Shown here piece after piece: positions 12,298 through 25,316 of a DNA stretch of 64,000 bases; positions within the stretch are counted from its first letter, which is position 1; each line of letters starts with the position of its first letter. The stretch is from Octopus sinensis (taxonomy: Eukaryota). The notes under the pieces are model-generated. The model did not search any database. It was not told the DNA's origin and saw only the letters and a program-made list of their open reading frames with translations. The position numbers and the translations under genes are program-made. The stretch is from contig NC_043004.1 in the NCBI RefSeq assembly GCF_006345805.1, forward strand, positions 32,550,001 through 32,614,000, in the 5' to 3' direction.

Positions 12298-13065
12298 AAC
12301 CTGGCGCGTCCGACAAAGTGCTTAGCGGTATTTCGTCTGCGTTACGTTGTGAGTTCAAATTCCGCCGAGGTCGACTTTGCCTTTCATCCTTTCGGGGTCG
12401 ATAAATTAAGTACCAGTTAGGCACTGGGGTTGATGTAATCGACTTAATACCTATGTCTGTCCTTGTTTGTCCCCTCTGTGTTTAGCCCCTTGTGGGTAAT
12501 AAAGAAATAGAAATAGGTATTTCGTCTGCCGCTACGTTCTGAGTTCAAATTCCGCCGATGTCGACTTTATCTTTCATCCTTTCGGGGTCGATTAAATAAA
12601 TACCAGTTACGCACTGGGGTCGATGTAATCGACTTAATCCGTTTGTCTGTCCTTGTTTGTCTTCTCTGTGTTTAACCCCTTGTGGGTAGTAAAGAAATAG
12701 GTATTTCATCTGCTGTTACGTTCTGAGTTCAAATTCCACCGAGGTCGACTTTGCCTTTCATCCCTTCGGGGTCGATAAATTAAGTACCAGTTTCGCACTG
12801 GGGTCGATGTAATCGACTTAATGTGTGTCTGTCCTTGTTTGTCCCCTCTGTGTTTAGCCCATTGTGGGTAGTAAAGAAATAGGCATTTTGTCTGTCTTTA
12901 TGTTCTGAGTTCAAATTCTACTGAGGTTGACTTTGCCTTTCATCCTTTCGGGGACGATGAAATAGCTACCAGTTTTATACTGGGCGGGGGATCGATGCAA
13001 TCGGTTGCTCCCCCTCCCTTTAAAATTGCTGGCCTTATGACAAAATCTGAAACCATTATTTTTGG
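12298..13065 (+). mobile_element. SINE family A tetramer (184-bp units)
   Basis: Junctions gaaataggtatttc at 12510 and 12694, variant junction at ~12876; last unit has the short-type tail. Confidence 0.85.
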
Positions 13066-13175
13066 TAATACAGTATATTTAAGAGATGAAGAATTATGTA
13101 CATTATTTACATTATTTACACTTGACGGATATTTGTCCTCATCTTGTTTGTTGTTAACACAACGTTTCGGTATAT

Positions 13176-13245
13176 GGTGGAGTGGTTAAGAGCGCGGGCT
13201 ACTAACCCCAATATTCCGAGTTCGATTCCAGGCAGTGACCTGAAT
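13176..13245 (+). mobile_element. tRNA-derived repeat head followed by (AAT)n
   Basis: tggtggagtggttaag A-box, gagttcgattcc B-box, CT-ACT-AA loop; no intact acceptor stem. Confidence 0.55.
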
Positions 13246-13252
13246 AATAATA

Positions 13253-13283
<31 letters not shown>

Positions 13284-13631
13284 TAATAACAACAATAACA
13301 ACATAGAAAAATATCGTAGGAACGAGAACCCAGGTTCATGCACACACACACAAATTCGTACAATACATGTATGTGTTTACGTGTCTGATTAAATGTCTTT
13401 CTTTTACGTTGACCAATTGGCAAACGATACTCTGTGTTCTATTTCCTATAGCTTAGCATCTCGTTAGAGATATCGATAAAACAATGACAAAAATAACAAA
13501 AAAAAAACGAATAATAAATACTGAGGCCGATATGATTAACTAAAGCCTCTTAAAGCGGTGCTCCATCTTGGCCACAATGCAATGAGTAAAACGACGGAAA
13601 TATTATATTGAATCATGTATTTTTCGGTTGC

Positions 13632-13737
13632 TTTTCTGATCGTCTGCTATCAAATGTTTTTTTCTGATCGTCTGCTATCAAATGTTTTTCTGATCGTCTG
13701 CTATTAAATGGTTTTCTGATCGTCTGCTATCAAATGT
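13632..13737. repeat. Minisatellite, 4 copies of ttctgatcgtctgctatcaaatg (~26-28-bp period)
   Basis: Direct reading. Confidence 0.9.
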
Positions 13738-14198
13738 CCAGCTTTGGACTGGAACTAGGGACAGACAAGTATCGAATTTATGATCCATTACAAGAAAAAC
13801 CGGATGAACATTAAAGAGAATATACGAAAGCTTTAATCGGCTTCTTTTCTTTTTTTTGTGTGTGTTTTTTCCTCCAGTTTATCATGCACAATATAACTTT
13901 ATCTGATAATCTAAATAAACAGCCCTTATTTTTAGATCAGTACTTAATGTTACCGAGAAACGGAAACTCTGGACAGCTTAATAGTATGATCTTCAAAACC
14001 TCGTTACCTGCCAACAATCTTTCGTTTGGCTGACGTAAACAGGCATCAACGAGTAGATCCGTGACTTAACTTACATTTGCAGTGGATGTTTGAAAGGTAA
14101 CTGAGATACAATAAAAAAAAAATAACGTAATTAGTTTCTGTGCTTGAAAGAAGTCAACAAAATAAAATCCTGTTCTTTATTAATTTACAAATTATAGA

Positions 14199-14290
14199 AA
14201 TGGCGCAACATCACGTCGCAGGTCAGAAAGCAGAACTCTTCTGATGTGACATTCAAACTGAAGGCAATTGAGTCTACCGAACGAAACTCA
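14199..14290 (+). pseudogene. Possible pogo-like transposase N-terminal HTH remnant
   Basis: Reads KQNSSDVTFKLKAIESTERNS, resembling the RRSYDAAFKLKVIEYAE pattern; short. Confidence 0.3.
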
Positions 14291-14544
14291 AGTTATTGAG
14301 TCAACTAAACGAAGCTGAGTCTAACAAACTGAATGGGAGTTTGGCGCTACAGAAACAATAGGGAGAGACTAAGGATTAAATGAAAACGAATTCATAAATA
14401 TTTCGCCTTACTCTGCAAATTGAGAATTGCTGTATTGGTTTCATACGACGATATAAAATTAAAACTAAAGAAATGGTTTTTAGAATTTTGTTTCTTTGAC
14501 TATTTTATGACACGTGTGACTATTTGTCTTGGAGCTTTGCAGAT

Positions 14545-14879
14545 CACTAAAGAAGAGTGACATAGTGGCACATCAAACCACTAAAATGGTTAGTAGAAAT
14601 TGCTTTATGAATTGTCTTGATTAGCAAAGCAAAGTTATCTTCACTGACGTGGAGAAGGAAATAATAAGGTTTAAGAAGTTTTGTGAAAGATTCCAGGAAA
14701 GAAGAGGATTTTGAATTGGGCTTCACAGAAAATATGGTGAAAGCCTCATGTTCCTTGGAATACATTATTTTGATGTTCAGGGGAACAAAACCATGGAATT
14801 AAAAGTACAGAAACTTGTCTCAGGAAATTTCTGGCAGCGCGAAACAACACTTCACAGAGATTCTTTCGTGTTTCATTGA
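14545..14879 (+). pseudogene. Degenerate Tc1/Tc3-like DDE transposase fragment
   Basis: Frame reads *QSKVIFTD..RKYGESLMFLG..QRETTL, recalling the Tc1-family motifs WSKVIFSD, RQFGGGSLMVWG and YQETL; in-frame stops. Confidence 0.45.
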
Positions 14880-15584
14880 AGGAACTAAGTCTTCTGTTGT
14901 TCTTAAAAGAAAGACAAGTTGATTGCATATTATTTAATTAGGTGAATCATTGGTCAATGTGATCGATTATGAGAGCAATTAGATTACTCTAATCACCATT
15001 TGGTTCAAAACTATTTGTTAAAAATCAATTTTCACTCCAATAAAGATTAATATTTAACAATAACGTGTCAACTCATTTTAAATACCTTCTGCTAGATTCA
15101 ACCTGGAATGTCAGGTGAGTGATGATTTCCTGTGTGAACCTTATCAAGGTTCATTGAAGAATTTTATTTTATTGAAAAACTAATAGAAAATATACTGGAA
15201 TCTGAACATTTATGCTCTTTAATTCACTGAAATGGTAAGAAGACTTGGATATATCGCAGTCTCAAGGCAGCGAATTGGCACCAAAAGGTGTATCGGAGAG
15301 AGTGCCTTGCGGTCGTTGTCTCCGTCCTCTCAGTTCTCAGTTCAAATCCCTCCATGACTAACTTTACAAAACCATGGAACTAAAAGTACAGAAAATTGTC
15401 TTAGGAAATTTCTGCCATCGACTGCTGTTATTTAACCCCAGGTCAGCTCTGATCAAGTGAACCTCTAATCGAAAGGCATTCCAGTCGTGACCGTCCTGTA
15501 TTTATATTTTTCAGATTCAGTGTAAGTTTACTGTTCATCCTTTCGGGATCGATAAATAAAGTAGCTGTAAAATAGTGAGCGAGG

Positions 15585-15790
15585 TGTGTGGCCAAGTGGT
15601 TAGGGTGTTGTACTCACGATCTTGTGATCATGGTTTCGATTCTCAGACATTGTGTTCTTGAGCAAAACACTTCATTTCACATTGCTCCGGTCCACTTTGC
15701 TGTAAATGGAGTACCCTGCCACGGACACGGACTTATAAACCATGGGAACAGGATACCCGTCCCTATGAGTTGCAAGAATCGAGATAGTAA
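15585..15790 (+). mobile_element. tRNA-headed SINE family F
   Basis: gtggccaagtggttagggtg..ggtttcgattc..ttgtgttcttgagcaaaacacttcatttcac; also at ~27495 and 57790. Confidence 0.65.
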
Positions 15791-16617
15791 TATCTGGGGG
15801 TTGTTCATGACGATTATTATTATGATGATGAAGTAACGAGGTCACTTTCTGCCGCACCCCTCTCTCTCATTCTAAATTGGCTACAATGGGTGGGTGGGGT
15901 GACGACGAACGAGAAAGGAACATTTACATTGCACCCCACCCACAATCCTTTTACCCTCAACACTTTGGACACGAAAAGAATTTGATTCTTTTGCCATCGA
16001 CTGTTGTTGTTTAACCCCAGGTCAGCTCTGATCAAGTGAACCTCTAATCAAAAGACATTCCAGTCGTGACCATCCTGTATTTATATTTTTCAGATACAGT
16101 GTAATAAAGATAACGCGAATCAATGTGCCGCAACATGAAGTACTCAATACTTTCATTTCAACTCCTCACGAAAAGAGTAGCTTATATAGTCATATAAATT
16201 AATGTTCAGTTTTTTGCTATATTTCACCAAAATATAATACGATTAACCGAAATTAAGATTATTTAGATATGCAATTAACCGCTCAATTTTACAGAGATTT
16301 GATGCTAAATGGTAAAGATTTATTCCCGTGGGACACCATGCAATTATGCGGTATGCCATAAAGCGGAATCGTCTGTAGTTTATAAATTCAAGTCCTATCG
16401 CCTGACAACCGAGAGACAGTAACACCGACGGAGGTAAAGTACTCGAGGGAATATTTTACGGTGCTGGTTCAATATCTGAGTGTCCTACATTCAAATCTAG
16501 GTGGAGGGGCTTTAGATATTTGTGGTATCAATAAAATAAGAACTAATATTCAACTGGAACCTCCACCGAGGTCGACTTTGCCTTTCATCCTTTCGGGGTC
16601 GATAAATCCCAGGGGCG

Positions 16618-16865
16618 ATTCATACTCTTTACTCTTTTACTCTTTTACTTGTTTCAGTCATTTGACTGTGGCCATGCTGGAGCACCGCCTTTAGTCGAGC
16701 AATTCGACTTATTCTTTTTAAGCCCAGTACTTATTCTATCGATCTCTTTTGCCGAACCGCTAAGTGACGGGGACGTAAACACACCAGCATCGGTTGTCAA
16801 GCAATGCTAGAGGGACAAACACAGACACACAAACACATACACACACATACATATATATATATATA

Positions 16866-16940
<75 letters not shown>

Positions 16941-17110
16941 TATATACGACAGGCTTCTTTCAGTTTCCGTCTACCAAATCCACTCACAAGGCATTGGTCG
17001 GCCCGAGGCTATAGTAGAAGACACTTGCCCAAGATGCCACGCAGTGGGACTGAACCCGGAACCATGTGGTTGGTTAGCCAGCTACTTACCACACAGCCAC
17101 TCCTGCGCCT
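16618..17110 (-). mobile_element. SINE family B, near full-length, internal (TA)n(TG)n
   Basis: Reverse complement of 44178-44570; CORE-like ttgggcaagtgtcttct. Confidence 0.85.
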
Positions 17111-17721
17111 ATACGCCTATACTCCTGCGCACTATACGCCTAAAATCCCTTCAAGGTTGTGCTCCAGCATGGCCGCAGTCAACTGCCTGAAGCAAATAAA
17201 TGAAAAAAGAATAGGTATACATCGTTACACATACATAGAAAAATTCTTCCCATTTATTTCAAGTCTTGCGGTCGATTAAATTCTTCAACAAGTCACGTTT
17301 TGTTCTGATTTTTTTTTGTCCAGTTGCGTACTGGGGTCGATCTAATCGACTGGTCCCCTCCCCCAAAATTTCGGGCTTTGTGCCTAGAGTGGAAAAGAAT
17401 ATTCAACTGGAACCAATTCAGTCAATCGTTACCCGCTCGCCATCATCAATACGAAGAAACCGGCACAGTTCGTCGATAAAAGAAATTATATTGAGTTGTC
17501 AGATATGTTCGTTCGTTTTCATTTTTTTTTCCTCCTTGGCACCCCATCGTTATTTGTCTGGAAAGAGGTAAAATTTATTGTAGAGGAAGAACAGAGTTAC
17601 TAAAAATAAAAAAAAAACGAAAAAAAAACGCGAATCACTACAATAAAAATATTTTCTGTGTTAATTCAAATATTGGAAAAGATTAAAATACAATAAGTGG
17701 AGAGAGGGGAGTGAGAGGGAG

Positions 17722-17787
<66 letters not shown>

Positions 17788-18366
17788 ACGAATGAATTTA
17801 TCTGACAACTCAATATTGCTTTTGATTTGATAATTTTGGATAATTTTCCAAGTCTACCTTTGTAGTTAGAACTCAGGAAACGGCCATACAAAATTGGCAA
17901 CGATGCTCTGTGTCTGCTGATATGTAGAAATAAAGAATAAGAATAAATTATCTTGGTTTGTAATATCAATAAAAACGTAATAAACGGTTTCCAAATCGAA
18001 TATTGTTCTGGAAAAATGAGGACAAAAAATCAGAACGTAACGTGACTTGTTGAAGAAGTTAATCGACCGGAAGTCTTGAAAGAAATGGGAAGAATTTTTT
18101 CTATGTATGTGTAACGACGTGTGCCTTTTCTTTTATTCTTTCATTTGCTTCTGGCATTTGATTGCGGCCATGCTGGAGCTCCGCCTTGAAGGGATTTTAC
18201 GCGTATGAATTGACCCTAGAATTTATATCTTTTAAAATCAGTTTTTTTTTGCCGAACTGCTAAGTTACGGGGACGTAAACACACACACAAAGACACACAC
18301 ACACACATACACACATACATACATACATACATACATACATACATACATACATACATACACACACAC

Positions 18367-18413
<47 letters not shown>

Positions 18414-18492
18414 TAGGAGAGTATTGTAGTTCGCTTGAAGCATTGTGTATTGTTTGTAAAGAATAAAAGGTTTTGAATGGTACAACAATGAA

Positions 18493-18529
18493 ATATCTGA
18501 AGAAGGAATATTATTCCGAAATATCATAT
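18493..18529 (+). ncRNA. Putative minimal type I hammerhead ribozyme
   Basis: ATAT CTGAAGA A GGAAT att ATTCC GAAA TA TC ATAT: canonical core, 5-bp stem II, palindromic loopless stem III, AUC triplet, 4-bp stem I. Confidence 0.55.
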
Positions 18530-18623
18530 CAGACTATGGATGACTAAATTACAACAGGTACATAGCCCATTGTCTGTATTATAGTGCATTGTCGTACCAT
18601 TCAAAACTTTTTATTCTTTATAT

Positions 18624-18681
<58 letters not shown>

Positions 18682-20231
18682 TTCAGTTGAGTTAGGTACT
18701 TAAGTTGAAGCACCAAATCAGTGCGGTATTACCCGTACAACTCAAAGTAAGGTGAATAAAATAAAAAATAAGCAACAGGATATCCAGAGGTGATGCGGTA
18801 CGACCGTTTCAAGCGGCTCCATTTAATTGAACAATGCAGTCATTAAATCAGTTTAAATGCAGGGCTATCCTCAGCTGCATAAATAAATAAATAGAATTTT
18901 TAATCAGTCGGGGACACACACACACACACACACACACACAACACACACACACACACAAATATATATACACATACAGTTTCCGTTTATCAAATCCTCTCAC
19001 AAGGCTTTGGTTGGCACGAGGCTATTGTAGAAGACACTTGTCCAAGATGTCATGCATTGGACTGAAGCCGGAACCATGTGGCTGGGAAGTAAGCTCCTTA
19101 CCACATAGCCACGCCAGCATCAACATGTATATCCGTGTGTGTATGCGTGTTTGTGTATGTGTGTATGTTTACACTTATTTTTTCCCAAAAGTGTTTGGAG
19201 AATGAAGGAGTAGAGAATGGTGCAGTAAAGGAACAAGTTGACCAATTTGAAGATTTAGAGTGGAACTGGTATACCGCAAGAATATACTTTGGATGAAATG
19301 GACTTTCTCAACCCGAAAACGGATTATCATGAAAAAAGAGAAAATGACGAAGAAGCGAGGTTCTGATGGCTTAGAACTAATGTGGTTTCTCAAAGAGACG
19401 AAAGAAAAAAAAAAAAAAGAAAGAAAGAAAAATGAGGTGGAAATCAAGAAAAATAATTTGTGAAATATATTCAGAGATTTTTATGAATACGGTAACCCTC
19501 CGCCATATCGTTGTTTTGCATTTATGATAAAATAAATATAAACAATTTATAAAAATAATAAAAAAATTATACAGTACTATTTCTACCTCGTGGATTTTCA
19601 CCTACCGCGGGCTGGTGGTGGTTGTGGTTTAGAAAGTAACACCCGCGATAGTCAAACCCGGTTAAGGACGACAAAGCTGACTCTCAATGACCAGAAGCAC
19701 CCAATTCAGATTTCTGAAACAAGTGAACGTTAAATCACAGGTTCCTGGGATATGACTGAGACAGATCGTTTCTCACTTGTGCAAAAGCAATGAAACCTAA
19801 TGTCGTCATTTAATGAGCTACTCATCAATGCTATAATTTCATTTCAACGCTTTACGCCCTGAGTTCAATTCCAGTGGAGGTCAAATTCGTTTTTTATCCA
19901 TACGGGATCTATAAAATAAACTACGAGCGAAGTACTGAAGTCGATTTAATCGACTAACCTCCCATCCAACGCCCAAAATTGCAGGCCTTGTACCTAAATC
20001 TGAAATAATAATATTCTTCTGCAGTTTGTCGTAGTTAATCATAGATGCTGAGTGGTGTCTGCTTGAAGCTCGTCGGACATAAAGCTTTGAATGGATTGTG
20101 AGGGAAATGATGGCACCGGCGGGAACAAAGAAACCTCCGTCCACGCGACTGCTAAGGGGGTTACATGATCGGTTCATTCATTTGTTACTTTATTGATGGA
20201 AGAAGTGGGGAATAAGCGAAACCAAGAAGCC

Positions 20232-20269
<38 letters not shown>

Positions 20270-20430
20270 AGAGAGAAAGAGGGAGATAGATAGACAGATA
20301 GATAGATAGATAGATAGAGAGAATTACCACACAGAGTATGGCCATACAATGAGAGCGATCCTGCGACGTCATGATTACGAAGGGAAATTTTAATCTTTCG
20401 ACCTTGCTCGCTGCTTATGTTTACACACAA

Positions 20431-20439
<9 letters not shown>

Positions 20440-20478
<39 letters not shown>

Positions 20479-20571
20479 CATACACATTATATAATATTTA
20501 TGCATGTGTATATGTAAGCGGGCATGTATTTATATACGTACGGACGTGAAATTATCTGTGTGTGTGTGTGT

Positions 20572-20612
<41 letters not shown>

Positions 20613-20832
20613 GTGTGTGTGTGTGTGTGTGTGTGTTGTGTGTGTGTGTGTATGTGTGTGTGTGTGTGTATGTGTGTGTTGTGTGTGTGTGGTGTGTGTG
20701 TATGTGTGTGTGTGTATGTGGGTGTGTATGTGTTGTATGTGTGTGTGTGTGTGTGTGTATGTGTGTGTGTGTGTGTGTATGTGTGTGTATGTGGTGTGGT
20801 GTGTGTGTGTGTGTATGTGTGTGTGTGTGTGT
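20440..20832. repeat. (CA)n then long imperfect (TG)n microsatellite
   Basis: Direct reading. Confidence 0.95.
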
Positions 20833-21019
20833 GTTTCGATTTCGTTATCTATTAGCATTCTTTCTAGAAGGTGAGGGTAGGAGGAACTGGTTCTGTCAAA
20901 ACAACAAAGTCGGTTTGAATAACAACAATAATTGTTGCATATGCAACTTTAAAAGAGTCTTGCATATATTAACCGTTCCACTCACAGACATGTATGTATG
21001 TTTGTATGTATGTATGTTT

Positions 21020-21119
21020 NNNNNNNNNNNNNNNNNNNNNNNNNNNNNNNNNNNNNNNNNNNNNNNNNNNNNNNNNNNNNNNNNNNNNNNNNNNNNNNNN
21101 NNNNNNNNNNNNNNNNNNN
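21020..21119. other. Assembly gap (100 N)
   Basis: Run of N. Confidence 1.
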
Positions 21120-21549
21120 ACAACAACAACAACAACATTAATTATGACCAATTCCAGTAAAATATGATAGTTTTCTTTCAATTTCTCTCCTTCCGAATCC
21201 AAGTCACCCACATTTTATCGGTGACCCCTTCAAATATTCTTCTTTATTTACATCATTCGTTTCCAAGTAGCCCACAACGCCAGCCATGTTGTCCATTCAA
21301 CAGCGCTGGATTAAAACAACATGGAAATTTCCTACCCATTGGCCAGAACCTTGCAAAAACAACTGCTGCCTTCATCTTCTCAAAAATATTAAAAACCCAA
21401 CATGCTCTCTAAATGTAACTTTTCAAACAGATATCTGCTTCTCAAATATCTCCAACACAACCTTCAATATTGTTTAGAAAATTTGCTTATTTGCCAAATT
21501 CTACATCCATAACAATAGGATTTCCTGGCTTTGCCTTTCTGAATCACAG

Positions 21550-21666
21550 GAGATCCTTCTCGCCAAAACTAAAATTAGTCAACAGGAGCTTCGAAATAGT
21601 CTCCTCGTGCCCACACATGACGTTCAGAACAGCGAAATATTTGAAACCTATCGTATTCATGAACGG
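21550..21666 (+). CDS. Orphan internal coding exon, 117 nt (EILLAKTKISQQELRNSLLVPTHDVQNSEIFETYRIHER), product unidentified
   Basis: Acceptor ctttgcctttctgaatcacag|GAG, donor CGG|gtaag, length divisible by 3, non-repetitive sequence; a second frame (RSFSPKLKLV..) is also open. Confidence 0.55.
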
Positions 21667-21774
21667 GTAAGATCTCCCTAATAGGGAGAGTTTCCAAAAA
21701 AAAAATAAAAGACGAAGACAGGTGGTGTACAAAGCAAACAGATGTATTAGTATAACGCTCAGGAATAGAAAAAG

Positions 21775-21812
21775 TCTTTTACGTTTCGAGCCTACGCTCT
21801 TCTACAGAAAGA
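21775..21812 (-). ncRNA. Variant-core minimal hammerhead-like motif (A6 replaced by U)
   Basis: TCTTT CTGTAGA A GAGC gtag GCTC GAAA CG TA AAAGA. Confidence 0.45.
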
Positions 21813-22211
21813 GACACAGAAAAAAACAAGGAGAGAAAAAAAAAATGTGTGTAGTGGCTACCGATCTATCATGGCGACTCATACCTCCCTAATACCTCTC
21901 TATATTTATAGATTAGCCAACACATTGTAATATGTATTTCACTAAACCACTTCGCGTATTTCATTTCGAAGAACGTTTGCGACCTGAAATTAGTTTGATT
22001 TGTACCAACACACGAAACTCTCGGACCTTGAGTCACTCCGTTACTTCTGATAAATATTAATAAAAATACACACATACCCATATTCTGAGTTCTGTTTGCA
22101 TCAACCTACCTGTACATGATCATCTGCTAATACTTTACATGTACCACGTCCTCGCGTTGTTTTTTTCTTTTTGTGTGTTTGTTCTTTGGCTTTTTGGATT
22201 TGCTATATCTA

Positions 22212-22310
<99 letters not shown>

Positions 22311-22528
22311 ATATATATATATATATATAGTATATATGTATGTATGTGTATATGTGGATGTATGTATGTGTCTCTGTGAGCTTTTGTGTGTGTTTTATGT
22401 ACATATATATACATATGCATGTATGTGTGTGTATGTGTATACATATGTATAAAATGTGCAGCGTGCATGTATATCTTCAGTGTATGAATATACATACAAT
22501 TTGTATACACACACACACACAACACATA

Positions 22529-22594
<66 letters not shown>

Positions 22595-23095
22595 TATATA
22601 TATCTATATAATTATATTATTACACCGCACACACATACACCTCGCTGCGTGCGCGCACACACACACACACACACACACGCGCACGCACGCACATGCACAT
22701 AAAACCTTTCGCGATAAGCAATCAGAGAAGCAATATTCGATATCAATTCGTAATCGTAATGGAGGGGAAAGGCGATCATTTAAAAACATGTCGTAAAAGA
22801 AAAGTTGCGTTATGTTTAATGTCGATAGAAGGTTCAAGAGAAATCTGCAACGCTCATAGTTCTTTGAAATGGTACCAATTCAGCTGTAGGCAGGAATTCT
22901 TGCAGATTCAAACCTCCGCAATGTCCGTAGTTCCCTCTTCATGGATCGAAGTTGTCACTTGACGAGGTTTTTGAAGTAGCTCTCTCTCTCTTATGAGCTG
23001 CGAGGCGAATGATAGTTAATCACTTGTGTACAGCGTAAGATCTTTCATACTCCATGCCCTCTTTCGGTCTCTGTCTGTCTGTCTGTCTGTCTGTC

Positions 23096-23126
<31 letters not shown>

Positions 23127-23221
23127 TTCTCTCTCTCCCTGGCTCTCTCACACTGGCTCGCTTTCCCCCGCTCCTTAATTCATAAGATGTTTTCTTTACC
23201 CTCAATAACACAAAAACACGA

Positions 23222-23306
<85 letters not shown>

Positions 23307-23394
23307 TGATAGAGAGAGAGTGAGTGAGAGGAGAGAAGGAGTGAGAGAGAAAGGTTGAAAGAGTAAGATAAAGTGTGCATGCGTACCCAAACAT

Positions 23395-23690
23395 TTATAA
23401 CACCAAAACCTTGTGCGTGGATTTGGTAGACGGAAACTGAAAGAAGCCCGTCGTATATATAAAAAAAAAAATATATATATATGTATGTATTTGTGTATCT
23501 GTATTTGTCCCCATTCCATCACTTGACAACCGATGTTGGTGTGTTTACGTCCCTGTAACTTAGCGTTTCGACAAAATACACTGATAGAATAAGTTCTAGG
23601 CTTACAAAGAATAAGTCTTGAGGTTGATTCGTTCGACTAAAGGCAATGCTCCAACATGGCCGCAGTCAAATGACTGAAATAAATAAAAGA
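23395..23690 (+). mobile_element. 5'-truncated SINE family B
   Basis: gtggatttggtagacggaaactgaaagaagcccgtcg + microsatellite + 3' tail. Confidence 0.8.
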
Positions 23691-23754
23691 ATGCACATAT
23701 ATATGTATGTGTGTAAGCACCACAGCTGGTATGTATGTCTGTCTATCTATCTTT

Positions 23755-23841
<87 letters not shown>

Positions 23842-24183
23842 CTCTATGTGTCTGACTGTTTATATATATAAGTACGTAACTGTTAAGAAATGCCAATCCT
23901 TGTATTCGTTATTTTGGAGGGGTTCCGGCTCTATGGTCCTTATAAACCTTTCTAAACAGATTTATTACTAAAGAACCGCTTTATTTTTATTTTGCTAATT
24001 TCATATTTTGCTTAAGAAGAAAATATATTCTTCACGTTGCGCACATCTCCAAAGATACTGGTTTTCCATTTATTACATTGCGTTGCATTTTTCAATGACA
24101 CAGAACAATTTTCTGAAAATATTTTCTGTAAAAATATTAAATAAATAGCAAAAAAGCAACATTTGTTTCTACTCTGTATGTGT

Positions 24184-24304
<121 letters not shown>

Positions 24305-24723
24305 AGCGCGTTTGTGTGGATGTGTCTCTTGGAGTTATTAGTATGAATAAATATATTATTCTAATATTCATTAAGGGCAGCAATATCTTTTACAAATCTG
24401 TCTTCGGTACAAGCGACTTCTTGTTCACTAGTGCCTGTTTTATAAGGAGATATTTGTGTATTGTATACCATATCCCGGGGGAACTCGCTAAAGGCTGTTT
24501 CCTATTAGCACCGCCGTCTAACGAGTGCAGAGAGCGAGAATAATTATATCATCTCTTGGTTTTATGAATTCCTTCTGTCCAGTGGGTCCTACGACAAAGT
24601 GACTGATCAAGTGGGAGTGTAAGGATAAAAATAGGGCTGTCACATCACACACATACATACACACACAAATATGTGTGTGTGTGAGTGTGAGAGCACTCAT
24701 TCCTGCGTTCTACATTTACGTAT

Positions 24724-24760
<37 letters not shown>

Positions 24761-24975
24761 AGGAATACCAGATAAGCCACCTATACCTGGATAAAACTCA
24801 CTCAACAAGAACTCCCTGCTCGAATGGATCATGATACTACAAAACCTGACTTAAAAAGGATTTAGCTAATCCTATCAGGTGGTGCTATTAAGTATATATT
24901 GACCTGGACTAATCGTTGGTCGAAGAGATTTAGAAATGTAATATTCTAATTATATTATATATATATATTATATAT

Positions 24976-25010
<35 letters not shown>

Positions 25011-25316
25011 CATGCTGATTTGCATGTATGAATATGCATGTATGAGTATATATATGTTATTATTTTATGTATGTATACACACACATACATGTGGACATAT
25101 TATATTTGACAAAAACTTGTTAAGACCCAACGTCAGCGAAAGGAAATGCAAAAGTTAGGACGACATTAGCTGAAGTTTTACCTTGTACTTCTTCAATATT
25201 TCAGGGTTCAGGCTTCTTCATGAAGGGACATAAAAATGGCAGATGGAATAAAGCCATTGTTTGCTGAGATATGTTGTAGAGTGTAGCGACATACACAAAC
25301 TGGTGTTGTTATAATA

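Noticed and set aside
12298-13065. Regular arrays as CRISPR-like loci
   Set aside because: Units are whole 184-bp repeats without unique spacers, there are no cas genes, and the context is eukaryotic. The same applies to the 13632 minisatellite.
13176-13245. Functional tRNA genes (also 28100-28173, 45265-45335)
   Set aside because: A and B boxes are present but acceptor stems are not paired, and each runs into SINE body or microsatellite.
19190-19375. Acidic protein-like stretch (LENEGVENG.. / EYTLDEMDFLNPK..)
   Set aside because: It needs a frameshift, has no convincing splice pair and no recognisable family; purine-rich composition may explain it.
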